Source of the DNA: Bispira polyomma
Taxonomy: Eukaryota
Assembly: GCA_965649765.1 (NCBI GenBank)
Contig: OZ287752.1
Span: 42,966,001-43,030,000 of the forward strand
Direction: 5' to 3'
DNA length: 64,000 nucleotides
The notes under the pieces: model-generated
Database searches by the model: none
Seen by the model: the letters and a program-made list of their open reading frames with translations, nothing else
What the model was told of the DNA's origin: nothing
Translations under genes and position numbers: made by a program
Part shown: positions 38,324 to 50,603 of the stretch, one piece after another
Numbering within the stretch: the first letter of the stretch is position 1
Layout of the letters: each line of letters begins with the position of its first letter

Positions 38324-39051
38324 CCCCAGGACAAAGATCTCAAGAAGAAGACAAAAGTTTCCTTGAGGCAGGAGAAATCATCCGTCCAGTGGCTTACAGG
38401 ACATCTGACCCTCAGTCCCTGTTTAAACACGGGTTTCTGGAACCACCACACGGCAAGGACCACCGCGGCTCGTCCCCGGGTCCCTTTCTGGAGGGTCGGA
38501 GAGACATTGACACAGACATCAAGTTAAGTGAGGAGAGGAAGAACAGTTATACAGGCTCTGACAATGACATGGTAGAGATAGAAGTGGAAGACACCCTGGA
38601 CTCTGACAATGAGGGTGATGACAACGCCACCTCCACTGAAGACGGACTCCGGGGGGCTGGCTGTGAACGGAAAAAGAAAACACGGACAGTCTTCTCTCGC
38701 AGTCAGATCTTTCAGTTAGAGACCATGTTTGACATGAAGCGTTATCTCTCAAGTTCGGAGCGAGCAGGACTTGCCAAGGCCTTAAACATGACCGAGACCC
38801 AGGTGAAAATCTGGTTCCAGAATCGGAGGAATAAATGGAAGCGACAGATCGCCGCCGAGATGGAGGCTGCCAATATGAGTCAGGTGACCGGACAACGGCT
38901 CATGCAGCTGCCTTATATGTATGGACATGAAGAAATTTCCAGGGGAATTAGGTCACAACTTCCTGTCTCTCCGATACATTCGGGTCACCCGGTCGTTCCT
39001 CCATCTGTCCATCACTACTACGGTGGGATTCTGAGGAACCACACCTCCTAG
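38324..39051 (+). CDS. Hmx: Hmx/NK5 homeobox gene, coding exon 2 (homeodomain plus Hmx-specific C-terminal motifs)
   Basis: Acceptor TTTTTATTTCCAG| at 38323, phase 1 compatible with exon 1. Homeodomain 38671-38850 is [60 protein letters not shown], followed by [10 protein letters not shown] (Hmx SD1-like) and [10 protein letters not shown] (SD2-like). Stop TAG at 39049-39051. Joined CDS is 1254 nt = 417 aa. Confidence 0.95.
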
Positions 39052-39855
39052 ACTTGAGGTAACCCTCTCTATCTTCTCTAGTGCATTTGTATAGGCTATC
39101 TGCTAACAACTGCTATATACATATACAAACAGGTAACCTGACCAACTGTCCATACAATTAACACATGCATCTGTGTCTAAGGGTCGTATTCTCCAGAAAA
39201 AAAAACTGAAGCTCAAATCTAAAATCCACACAAATCTGACTAGAGTCAAGTTAAATCAATTCTGATAGTTTTTTTTTAATTCATCACTGAAAGCTCCATT
39301 AAAATGAGTGGTCACAAGTATAGGTTATATCGAGGATTTCCACCTTCATTTGAGTGTGAGCTTGAGTCAGTTTGGAGAATACAGAGCCAGGTAGATACTA
39401 GACAGAAGCCGGATTGAGGTAGTCTCAGACAGACAGGTTTTACTCAACTCTATTTATTTGTTAAAATATGGATACATATACAATGTATATCTATACCTAT
39501 ATGTGTTGTGTTAATTTTATAAGTTTTGTTTTTAATTATTTTCTTGTACAGAACCAGGTAAAACATAGCTCTATATAGTAGCCAGAGTGTATACAACTTG
39601 TATGTCTCCTATACCTTCTTGTACTGTTCAGTGGACTCAGTAATCATGTGCTGGCGTGTTCTCGTCCTTCTCAGTGTAAAACACATGGCTGGTTTCCTAC
39701 AGTTGTCTGGCCTTAATTAGGTGCCACACAAAGTGGGCGACTTTTGTTATTATTATTTCAAGCATTATATGTTAATACATATTACTTTGTGATGCTATTG
39801 TCAATTTATTGGTTTTTATTTATTCTTTGTTTGTTGGCGAGTATTGTTAAATGTG

Positions 39856-39861
39856 AATAAA
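39856..39861 (+). terminator. Probable Hmx polyadenylation signal
   Basis: AATAAA ~800 nt after the stop codon, preceded by U-rich sequence and followed by a drop into very AT-rich DNA. Confidence 0.55.
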
Positions 39862-42800
39862 ACAAATCAAGCATAAAACCAGGTTTTACTATGTTTAAAA
39901 ATAAGTTTGAATTTTATTTCTGTAAAATCTTGTCTATCTAAGAATCTTTATCACCCAATACCGATGATACGATCTTACAAAGTGTATTCGGATACCTTGA
40001 AGTTTGTTCTTCCGGAGACAAGTACTTGAATAGTAAAATAAAATAGAATAAACTTTATTATATAAAAAGCATATTTAGGACGTGGTAGAAAAAAATCATA
40101 ATATTGTTTATAAATAATACTTTATTTTGGCTGGGTAATATTTATTTCGCCGACACCAAAACATTTGATTACAAATCAAATATTATTTTTCACAGGCAAA
40201 TTTATCCACGTGAATCCAAAACAAATTTATCCACGTGAATTCTATGTTTAATAGTAATCATTGCAAGTTTGATTTCTACCTTTCTTTCTTAATGCTCTTC
40301 AAATCTAAAAGCAACCCATAAATTGTGATCTTCGGCTAAGTTTTAGCCACAATATTTTCCTATCACAGTTATGTTGTCCATTTTGTTATATGAAGTATAC
40401 ATTCTAAAATGTAAGAAAAAAATTGTATGTAACTTTACACATGGAATGATCCATTATACCCATGAAATGACTTCTAGGTTATTTCCACATAAACAGTTGT
40501 ATAAAATCAGGTTTTACCTTATTTTTCTTATTTTTTTAAATTATAGTCACATGCAAAAAATAAAATAAAAAAAAAAATACATTATAGGAATAAAAAATAT
40601 ATAAACAATTTAAAAATCCCCAGAGAGCTTATAGGTGACTTTAAATACATAAGTACATTTAGGTGTGTCGGTGGAAATTTTAGAAACAAAAGGGAAACAA
40701 TATTACATTTTAGTTAAATAGCAGAATCAAATATTAATTTAAACAATATCTCATTTATAGCAGTAAATGTACATTTATTTATTGACCTGTAGGGAAAATA
40801 GCTGAATTTGATTGTCCTATATATTAATTAGGTCTAATTAGCTACACAACTATTTAAAGGCTTCTTAAAAATATTTCTAAAAGTAAGGTTTCTTAAAAAA
40901 AGAGTATATTTTAATGATATCTGTATTTCATATTTGTATTTCATATTTTTTTAGGATATTTTGTCTTAACTAGGGTAACGTTCTACGTTGTTCAATAGTG
41001 CCATTGACAATAAGAAAAAGATGTAGGCATTAATTATACTTTCATTGGAAAAAAACAATGCCCTAAACTTAATTCCAATCACTCAAGAAAGTTAATTCTA
41101 ATGAAAGAATTATAATCACCGATTTATTCACCGTAATTAAATAAAAGGTGTACTTTCTGGGGATGCAAAATATAGCAGCCATATTTTGCACCCCTAACAA
41201 TGTGTAAAATGTGACAGCCATACAGATAGATATTTTCTATTCTAGTGATCAGTGATACATACAATACATTAAATATATACAATAACATTTCTTTACCTAG
41301 CCCATCCACAACTTTTAACATAAAACAAAACAACCAGTATGTGTGTTGCAGATAAATAAATCACAACATTTCATAACAACATGAGTATAGTTACATAGAA
41401 TAAAACTTTAAAAAAATATATAACGGTAAGTTTAGTTTAACTTTTACCATATAATGCCCCCCTAAAAAAATTAAATATGTCAGGAAAGTAAAATATGGAA
41501 TTATTTTAGTCATGCCTTATTTTATAAACTTATTGCGAAAGATCCCTAAAACCATTCTTTTAATTCTATATGAACGGTTATAGAAGTTCTCGGTGATAAA
41601 AAAGGAAGCCACATACAAGAGAATTGTCGTTGTAATCATTAAAGTGGATGATTTTAGGAAAGAAACAGAAAAAGTACAATATCAGATATTATTAATCAAT
41701 AAGTACATTTTATCATTTGTAAACAAAATATGAAGATAAAGACTTTTACAGTATTATCGACTTATCATAATTATCACTTTTTTCATTTATTTGATTCTGG
41801 TCATAAATATGAAATTATACATTCACCGTGACTATTTGACATAAGCACCAATGTGCAGGCAATCTTATATACATGTACCTCTTAGCGTACTTAACTATTT
41901 TTTTTTTATTATTTTACTCTCCTTTTGTCTGAAATGCTAGAATAATGCACATATAAAAAACATAACACGACATCAGTCTAGCAGAGTAAAAGTCGAATTA
42001 GGAATGAAAAACCCTGAAAGACCAATGATAGGCTAAAGCCAAGTAAAAGGCCAAATTGACGTAATAACCATCACCAACCTAAGTCCAAATCCTAACTTGT
42101 TCTATAACTTATACGATTACCAATTATCATCTAATGTATCTTGTGACTCTACCCCCCCCCCCCCGCCACCCCCCCCCCAAAAAAAAAAAAGCAAAAACAA
42201 CTCAGACCCAACTTAAGTGATAGCTGTGTGTAATTCGTGTGTGTGACTGTAATCTGCACTTACTCCCATTCATTTTAATAGAACGTGATATTCCAATATG
42301 AAGTCAGATATTACTTAGCTTTACTCTAACCAGATTTAGAGAGACCTGTTATTTGAGGTTGAGCTTAACATGTTTGGAATATAGGGGGTCCAGATTAGTG
42401 CAGGCCACTGCTCTGGACTATGTGCTGGAACCTTAGTGACAATCCAGGCCCAATAAAAACATACAAACCATTATAAGTGTGGTTCTAGCCGAGTAGACTT
42501 ACTGATGCAAGGATGTCTTTGAGGTTTGCTTGTGAGTTTAACCCTGAACTCCCCAGTGTCCGTCCCTGTAATAAAGAATGATTTAACTCAGTTAGACATC
42601 CCAGCAGTGCTCCATTTCCATATTAGACTACAGTGACTCCCGCCCTTCTACAAATACCTCACCCTCAAAGTTAGATATTTAATACTCTAATTTGTTCAAG
42701 TCCAGTCTTTACTTTTATCCCTATTATGAATGAGTATCTATGACTATTTTTACATTTACGAATTTACACTAAATATAGAATATATTTAAAAAGGAAATGC

Positions 42801-43899
42801 ATAATGATTTATTGATGATTTGTATATTTCAAATTATGACTTTACGACAATCGGATTCTCGGAAAGATTCGGGAACCTTCGGCAGTTGGGCTAATTTACT
42901 AGCAGCTCATTATCCGCTGTTTCAGAATCATAGGCTGTGGGTGCCAATGGGTCCCGGATGGGCATTGAAACGTAGCAAGAAACCCGTCCAGGCGACGAAA
43001 ATAGAGTGTTTCCAATAGAGTTTGAAATCCCTTTGGTTATTCAGAAAGAAAATCTAGACATTTTCATTTAAATTGGATATGGACTACCGCGGAGAGCTGG
43101 TCTAATCACTTCTAAGTTGCTTTCAATTTTCCGCCATCTTTGTGACTATCCCTAAGGGCCTTATTTTGATGAAGATCAAGTCCATTATATTATTACACAC
43201 TGATCTTTATGTCTTTTACATGTCTTTAATAATCAAAGATATTCATTCAAAAGAACTTTTAAAACAAACCTTAGATATCTGTATCAAGAGGAACTTGGGA
43301 AAGATGTTAAAAGATTGCCAATCATTGGGTTTTGTGACTCCAAGTAAGGTGTCCAGAAGCAGTGGATTAGTTTGTGTTTTAGTACGTCCACCGAGGGCTG
43401 GATGCGCCACCTGGGGAGTAGAGAAAGAGTTGTGTAGAGTGTGAAGTGGGCCATTTCTTCCTCGCCAACTGTCCACTTTTATCTCCGTCATGGAGGGATT
43501 AGCAGCAATAAAAGGATCAAGAATTGGCTTCTAGAGGGCTTTCTTTTCCTCACACATAGGTAATTGTCTTTTACACTCTTTGTGCTGCAATTGGCCAGCA
43601 GAATCTATTGCATCTCCTAAACAAAGACTATGTGCCTTCGTTAGAATATGTGTACATAACAACTGTTACATACTCCTAACACACTAGGAGAGCATACAGC
43701 AGAGGGCATACCTTACCTAAGACACCACAATGTCATAAAGTAAAACCAAGTCATGGCTCTGTCCTTCTATTCAGATCGTTTGCAACATGTAATGGATTCT
43801 AGCTTGGGCCATTCCCCACTAACAATTTCGTTGTAAATGAGTGCAGTAGTTTTTGTGTAATGCTGGTGACAAACCAACCAATAGACATGTAACTAAATC

Positions 43900-44065
43900 A
43901 TCTTGGTGACTGGAATAAAGGCTTACCATCTAGTGATATCAGTTTGGTGACTAGAATAAAGCCTTACCACCAATCAATATCAGTTGGGTGACTGGAATAA
44001 AGCCTGACCATCCAGCAATATCAGTTTGTTGACAGGAATAAAGCCTGAAAATCCAGCAATATCTG
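43900..44065. repeat. Tandem repeat, ~41-bp unit, ~4 copies
   Basis: GGTGACTGGAATAAAGCCT(T/G)ACCATCCAGCAATATCAGTT repeated. Confidence 0.8.
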
Positions 44066-46392
44066 TTTACTATTCTATAGTGCATAATTTGAACTGTCAA
44101 TGTTTTAGTTGTTATGTTTATGTTGTAGCTTGAGATCTTGTTAATGTTAGGATTGGTACCGACCCAACATAGCATCATAAATGTGGTTGCCAATCTTAGG
44201 AGTAACTTGAGATTGACTGTCTAAAGAGTACATTTAATACCATATAATATTATTAAATAAAAGATGCATACAAAATTCCACCTAAAATATACATATCTAG
44301 TATTATGAAACAGGCTGATCCAGCTGAAGCTTATACATTTATTTCGCTTAATCTAAAAGGCATTGGGTTTCAAAATTCACCTTTGTAAAAAAATTCACCT
44401 TACACGTCCCTTTAAACTATTAGTATATTTAGCTAGTTAGCTACAAATGTTAAAACTTAACTTTCAGTTAAGACAAAAATCAATAAATCTGACCGAATAT
44501 GTAGATTTAGACAGGCATGTCTACATAAAAATGTTCATTTAATTAAAAATACAGAATTATCATTTTGTCAGACATTTAATTGGTTTGCCACTGGCATTTT
44601 TATTTCTCTAAATTAAGAATGTTTTTACAGAAGTCAGAAGTGGTAAAACCTTTAGATTTCATTATTCATATCACTTATATATTTAATTAAACTTGGCCGA
44701 ATATTGTTGACATAGAACACGTTCATATAGGTTGTATCCATTAGAAGTGTATACATCTCCATATTTAGAGCCTTGCAGTGTTTAGATCACTTAAGACAAT
44801 AATGGGTTGAAATAATAGATTAGGGGTCCGGGACAGTGGAAGCTTTTACCTAACAACACAGACGGACCCAGTAATCGGTTGTGGACTAATCTAAACACAT
44901 ACTCAATCAAAACACTAACTAGACATTTAGCTCAAAAGACTAAATGTTCTCCGTCCACTTAATAGGTGTTAATTCCTCCACAAATAAAACAGGATAAAAC
45001 TACTGAATTGGAAAACAACATTAAGTTATTTGTACCTAGCTCATCTCTAGAGAGGATTCCACTAATAGTAAATTGCTACTGATTAGAAACTGTTTTGTTG
45101 GGGTGCCAATTGAACCAAAAAACTGGTCCTTTCATTGGCGAATGTCTGCCTTTCTAAATGACATATGCCGCATTCTGTAAGAGGTAGAATCCTGTCTGCT
45201 TGTTTATCCCCTAATTTGTTCACAAGAGTTGTTTTGATTTGAAGAAGAGAGTGATAATGGACCTCAATTGGTGCTCTGGTAGAGAGGGGGCTGTGGTTCT
45301 GTTTAGGTAAAAGACCTAGTTATTAACTCCACCACATACAAACACACAATGTTAAAAGGACGTAGACCAATTACAACCATTGCAAACTTAAATGTGTGTA
45401 CGCTGAACTTGTCACAAGACATCAGATGCTTGCTGGAGAAACATAAAGCTGCTTTTAGAGATTAATCTGACAAGGGCGAGACAGGAAGATTCCCTTTCTT
45501 CCCCGGCTGTCAGCAAGTCCTTCCGACAGAGAGCATGATGGTAAAATGGACGAGTTGGTATACCCAAAATCGTGGATTGTAATATATGGCTTAAACCTTT
45601 ATCGGCGTTGTATTTGTATTCACTTCCTAGTAAAACACCCTACTAATGGACTGGTTGTTCTGCATTTTAGGAGTGATAACTAATAACAAATCAACCAATA
45701 AGTATTATCTTGTGACAGCTCTATTATGACAAAATAAATAAAACTCCATTCCTTGGTTTACCATGAGCCACTAATGATGTGCGTGTTTTGTGCACAAAAG
45801 AGATCCCCCATTAAATAGAACACAATGCAGTGTAGCACACCAGTAACCTGTAAAGAACCCAGAGCTGCTCCTCACCCCATTCTTATACTGCACCAAACCC
45901 CACTTAATCGATTTCAATCTCGTTCTCAACAGGATTTCAAGTGCTCTCGCTTATCTCAAGATGGTTATCTGGGACACACATGCAAGGGGGTTTGTGGCCT
46001 CAAAGAACCCATGTCAGACGAATTAAACAGGCGATACGAAGTGTAAAGGTACCTTTTATGTTACTCGACAATTAAGTCTGAATTAAGATTTCAATCTTTA
46101 CAGAATCCCTTAAAAATGCAGGGAGCAAATTACCATCAACATGGCTGTCTGAATTAGATTGAATTCCTTCCTGATAACATCCTACAAGTTGTTTAACATA
46201 CAGGGGTATGTCTTTTAGACAGGGGGCTAATTGATTCTTACATTTCATCTCATTAAAAAACGTCCCCACATTATGATCTACACAGCTGTATACTTTAGGT
46301 TCACTGACAGAGATAATTGTATTTTAAAGGACAGTTTTCTGACTAGGGTGGTTTAATCCAGTACAAACTTTTAAAAACACAGTTGACATTTA

Positions 46393-46860
46393 TGCCGAAG
46401 CACCACTGGATTTACATTAGGACATGTAAGTCATGCACAGCTTTGCAAAATATTTAATGCAAAAGTCCATGCAAAAGATGACATAACATGTATCTTTCAT
46501 GCAAAAAGGCATACCCCTACGCACATGTACGTGAAAACCTTGAGAAGTCACAGCCAGCGCAAATGTCTATGGTAGTAGCCACAAAAAGGACATGATTCAC
46601 CAAGACACATCCCATAATGATTTCGCACAAGCACTCTGGGGATCCACATACCCAACACAAACACCTGCACAGTCACAAATGAAATGCCACAATAGTCAAA
46701 TGTCACCATATCGCGTGTCCCAATTTCTTGCGTTACATCTCCAACGTCAGGTTATATACTTGCACATCCATGACGCCAACCCCTGCAAACACCACGCAAA
46801 CCATATGTAAATAAAAAAAATTACACAACATCCAGCATGACGGCCGGTGAGACTAGGGCA
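46393..46860. mobile_element. Harbinger-type MITE, internal-deletion relative of the 17466-21163 element
   Basis: Left part GGATTTACATTAGGACATGTAAGTCA...CAAAAGTCCA matches 17481-17540. Right part AATTTCTTGCGTTACATCTCCAACGTCAGGTT...CGCAAACC...ACATCCAGCAT matches 21026-21141. Ends TGCC.../...GGCA with flanks TTA/TTT. Confidence 0.75.
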
Positions 46861-46997
46861 TTTTACACAGACTATTGTGTTTCAACATATTGCATTCTTA
46901 TATATAATATAATGCTGACCAAGTCCACGGGACTGGAGAATACTAAAAACTCTATGTTTGATTTATTCACATGATGAAATAAATCTGGGACATTGAT

Positions 46998-47520
46998 GGA
47001 AGGCTAACCAAACCACAGTCCAGCCCCAGTGGCCATTGGGAGCTGAAGGGAAGGTTAACCAAACCACAGTCCCGTCCCAGTGACCATTGGGGGATGAATG
47101 GAAGGCTAACTAAACCACAGTCCAGTCCCAACGACCATTGGGAGCTGAAGGGAAGGCTAACCAAACCACAGTCCAGTCCCAGCGACCATTGGGGGATGAA
47201 TGGAAGGCTAACTAAACCACAGTCCAGTCCCAGCGACCATTGGGAGCTGAAGGGAAGGCTAACTAAACCACAGTCCAGTCCCAGCGACCATTGGGAGCTG
47301 AAGGGAAGGCTAACCAAACCACAGTCAGTCCAAGTGACCATTTGGACATGGAGTGAAGGCTAACCAAAGCATTGTGCTGTCTCAGTGATCGTTGGGGTGT
47401 GAATGGAAGGCTAACCAAAAATTGTCCAGTTCCAGTGCCCATTGGGGTGTAAAGGGAAGGTTAACCAAAACATTGTCCAGTCCCAGTGACCGTTGGGGCT
47501 TGGAAGGAAGGTTAAACAAA
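46998..47520. repeat. Minisatellite, 51-bp unit, ~10 copies
   Basis: GGAAGGCTAACCAAACCACAGTCCAGTCCCAGCGACCATTGGGAGCTGAAG; explains the 17-aa-periodic ORFs on both strands. Confidence 0.92.
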
Positions 47521-47551
47521 ACTAAGGCGTCTGAAGCTACATCTCATTACA

Positions 47552-47658
47552 ACTAAACCAATTGTATATGTACATCACATTGCTACTAAACCAATTGTAT
47601 ATGTACATCACATTGCTACTAAACCAATTGTATATGTACATCACATTGCTACTAAACC
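47552..47658. repeat. Perfect tandem triplication, 33-bp unit
   Basis: ACTAAACCAATTGTATATGTACATCACATTGCT x3. Confidence 0.9.
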
Positions 47659-48134
47659 CAGTAAAAAGGACATAACAACTTTAAAACCTTTCACTTGCCG
47701 AGATATACCAGTCCAGATCAGTAATATCTAAACGATGAGCACGACATAGGAAGTTACCAGGGAGGTCACGTAAAGGTCAGCCAAAAGGTAAACTTAAAAT
47801 ATGAAGCCTGCGACCAAACCATAAAGTCGAGATAGCGACATATGTATTTTAAAATTGATTTTTAATACGTTTGTGTATATGTTAGAATTACATAACAAGC
47901 ATTAATTCAATTAGTAGGGTTAAACCCCACAAAACCTCAATAATTATATAAGAGTATCCCAGATAGTTTGTATTATACTGTAATATGCTGTAAATAATAA
48001 TGAAGCACGATGTGAATTGTAAACTACTAAAAATCAAATGTTCTGACCGAGAGGGAGAGCAGTTCCTTTGAAAGATCAAGAGTATTAGAGGACATGATGT
48101 CACAGAGAAAATAGAATGTTCACAGATGTCCTTC

Positions 48135-48441
48135 GAATTATTCTTATACTAAGAATTATTCTTAGAAAAACTAGGATTTCTAAGAATAATTTTAAGTATA
48201 AGAATATTGGCATTCACTCTTGGCATTCACTCTTTTCTTAGAAGTTTTTTTTATTCTTAGAATATTTTCTAAGAATGATCTTTGATTCTAAGAATGGTCA
48301 AGACCTTACTTAACTTGAGAGCAAGACATGACATTCTAATGTACTTGATGAATATAAATTTTATATCCTGAGCTTTCTAAGAATAATTCCAAGTATAAGA
48401 ATAATTCTAAGAATAAAAATGTCAGTGAATACAGGTCCTGG
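48135..48441. mobile_element. Foldback-like MITE built of TTCTTAGAA/TTCTAAGAA repeats
   Basis: GAATTATTCTTATACTAAGAATTATTCTTAGAAA is inverted to TTTCTAAGAATAATTCCAAGTATAAGAATAATTC; right end GTGAATACAGGTCCTGG. Confidence 0.65.
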
Positions 48442-48938
48442 TGACAAAAATTCTTGACAACTATGAAATAATATTAGCAATGGAACCTTTAGCTGAAATA
48501 CACCTTCACCAGTTTAGTAGAATTTTGTAAGAATTTTCCTATAATTTATTTTAACCATTTCAACAATTTCTGTAGGCCTACTTGGAATTGATATTTGATG
48601 TGTAAACCTATTGGTAAAAGTAATTAAATTCTTAGGGGTTCAATAAGGGCTTAAAATTGCAGAGATGTAAACTGTGTAAATTGACAGGGCCACTGTTCAA
48701 TTGATTAATATTATGGTTAGACCTTAACATTTGACATACATCTGACAGTCTATTAATGGATCCTTTATGAAGCAAAATAAAACGGCGTAGATGGATGTAA
48801 AGTGTTATTAAAGATGGAGTAAACTGCCTTCCGGGTAAAACTGCGACTATGCTCAGCATGCTTTGGTCAGCATTATCAGAGATTGTTTCTGCGTAGATTA
48901 AGACAAAGATTAATATACCTAATCGTTATAAAAGAGAG

Positions 48939-49192
48939 TGTATTGAGGTAACTGGAGGCTAACTGTGTGAGCCAGGTGATACTGTACTGTATGTAGGCTA
49001 GTCACTTTGTAGTTGTATTGAGGTAACTGGAGGCTAACTGTGTGAGCTAGGTGCTACCGTACTGTAAGACCTTGAAGACATAGGCTAGTCACTTTATAGT
49101 TGTATTGAGGTAACTGGAGGCTAACTGTGCGAGCCAGGTGGTACCGTACTGTAAGACCTTAAAGACATAGGCCAGTCACTTTGTAGTTGTAT
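48939..49192. repeat. Tandem triplication, 75-87-bp unit
   Basis: GTATTGAGGTAACTGGAGGCTAACTGTG...TAGGCTAGTCACTTTGTAGTT x3. Confidence 0.88.
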
Positions 49193-49339
49193 TTTGTGCC
49201 TTTGGACACATAGAATACACAAAATGAAGTAAAATATATCATGTTACATACATTGATTCAAAATAGAATGTGGAAAATTAAACTTAAACTTTATCAATGA
49301 CAAAAGGTGTTATTCAAAAGTGCTCCCCAAAAATAAATT

Positions 49340-50301
49340 GAAGAGTATAAGGGCCAACCTTGTTTTTCTTTTTTACAAAGGTCAACCGATAGAGAAGGGC
49401 ACAAACAGTCATAAGGTCAAAAGTTAATCAGCAAACAGTCAAAGAGGTCAAAGGTACTTAATCAGCAAACAGTCATAGGGTCAAAATTAATTAATTATGG
49501 TGAGACACAAACAGTCATAGAGGTCAAAAGTAGTTAATTAGGGCGAGACACAAACGGTCATAGAGGTCAAAAGTAGTTAATTAGGACAAAACACAAACAG
49601 TCATAGAGGTCAAAAGTAGTTAATTAGGGCGAGACACAAATAGTCATAGAGGTCAAAAGTAGTTAATCAGCAAGCAGTCATAGGATCAAAAGTAGTTAAT
49701 TAGGGGCGAGACATAAACAGTCATAGAGGTCAAAAATAGTTAATAAAGACAAAACACAAACAGTCATAGAGGTCAAACGTAGGTAATCAGGACAAGACAC
49801 AAACAGTGATAGAGTCAAAATTAGTTAATCGGGGCAAGACACAAACAGTGATAGAGTCAAAATTAGTTAATCAGGGCAAGACACAAACGGTCATAGGGGT
49901 CAAAAATAGTTAATTAGGGAAAGACACAAACAGTCATAGAGGTCAAAAATAGTTAATTAGGGGCGAGACACAAACAGTCATAGAGGTCAAAAGTAGTTAA
50001 TTAGGGGCGAGACACAAACAGTCATAGGGGTCAAAATTAGGTAATTGAGGCGAGACACAAACAGTCATAGAGGTCAAAAGTAGTTAATGAGCAAACAGTC
50101 ATGGAGTCAAAAGTAGTTAATCAGGGCAAGACACAAAAAGTTATAAAGGTCAAAAGTGGGTAATCAGGTTTTCCACAAAAGTCAGTTTCAACAGAATTGG
50201 TCAGTATTTGTCAATTTATTTACATAAACTATTGTATATTGGAAAATTTTATGTCAATAATATGTAAACTATTGTATATGAAAACATAAAATGTATTATA
50301 C

Positions 50302-50337
<36 letters not shown>

Positions 50338-50603
50338 AGGGCCCTTAATTATCTCGATTTATCAAAATAATATATGGACATTCCAAAAAGAAAAAAAAAT
50401 CCCCTTTATTATCTTGATTGTATATTCATTATATTGATATGTCGACAATTCAAAAAGGAAAAAAAAAAAAGACTGCAAGAGCATAAGGGCCAATTTTTTA
50501 TTTTGATTTTTCTTTATTTGCCGAGATAAATTATCTTTATTGATATTATCTCGGCAATTCCAAAATAAATAAATAAAAAGGTTGGCCCTTATACTCTTCC
50601 GTA
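49340..50603. mobile_element. Non-autonomous TIR element enclosing the 43-bp minisatellite (IS3EU-like CCGTA terminus)
   Basis: Perfect 22-bp inverted repeat GAAGAGTATAAGGGCCAACCTT at 49340-49361 and 50578-50599; third partial copy at ~50477; right end ...CTTCCGTA. Confidence 0.55.
49395..50165. repeat. Minisatellite, ~43-44-bp unit (some shortened units), ~18 copies
   Basis: ACACAAACAGTCATAGAGGTCAAAAGTAGTTAATTAGGGCGAG. Confidence 0.92.

Noticed and set aside
39715-39730. miR-96/183-family site in the Hmx 3' UTR
   Set aside because: Only an offset 6-mer (GTGCCA), expected by chance.
46967-47363. Periodic ORFs on both strands
   Set aside because: By-products of the 51-bp tandem repeat.
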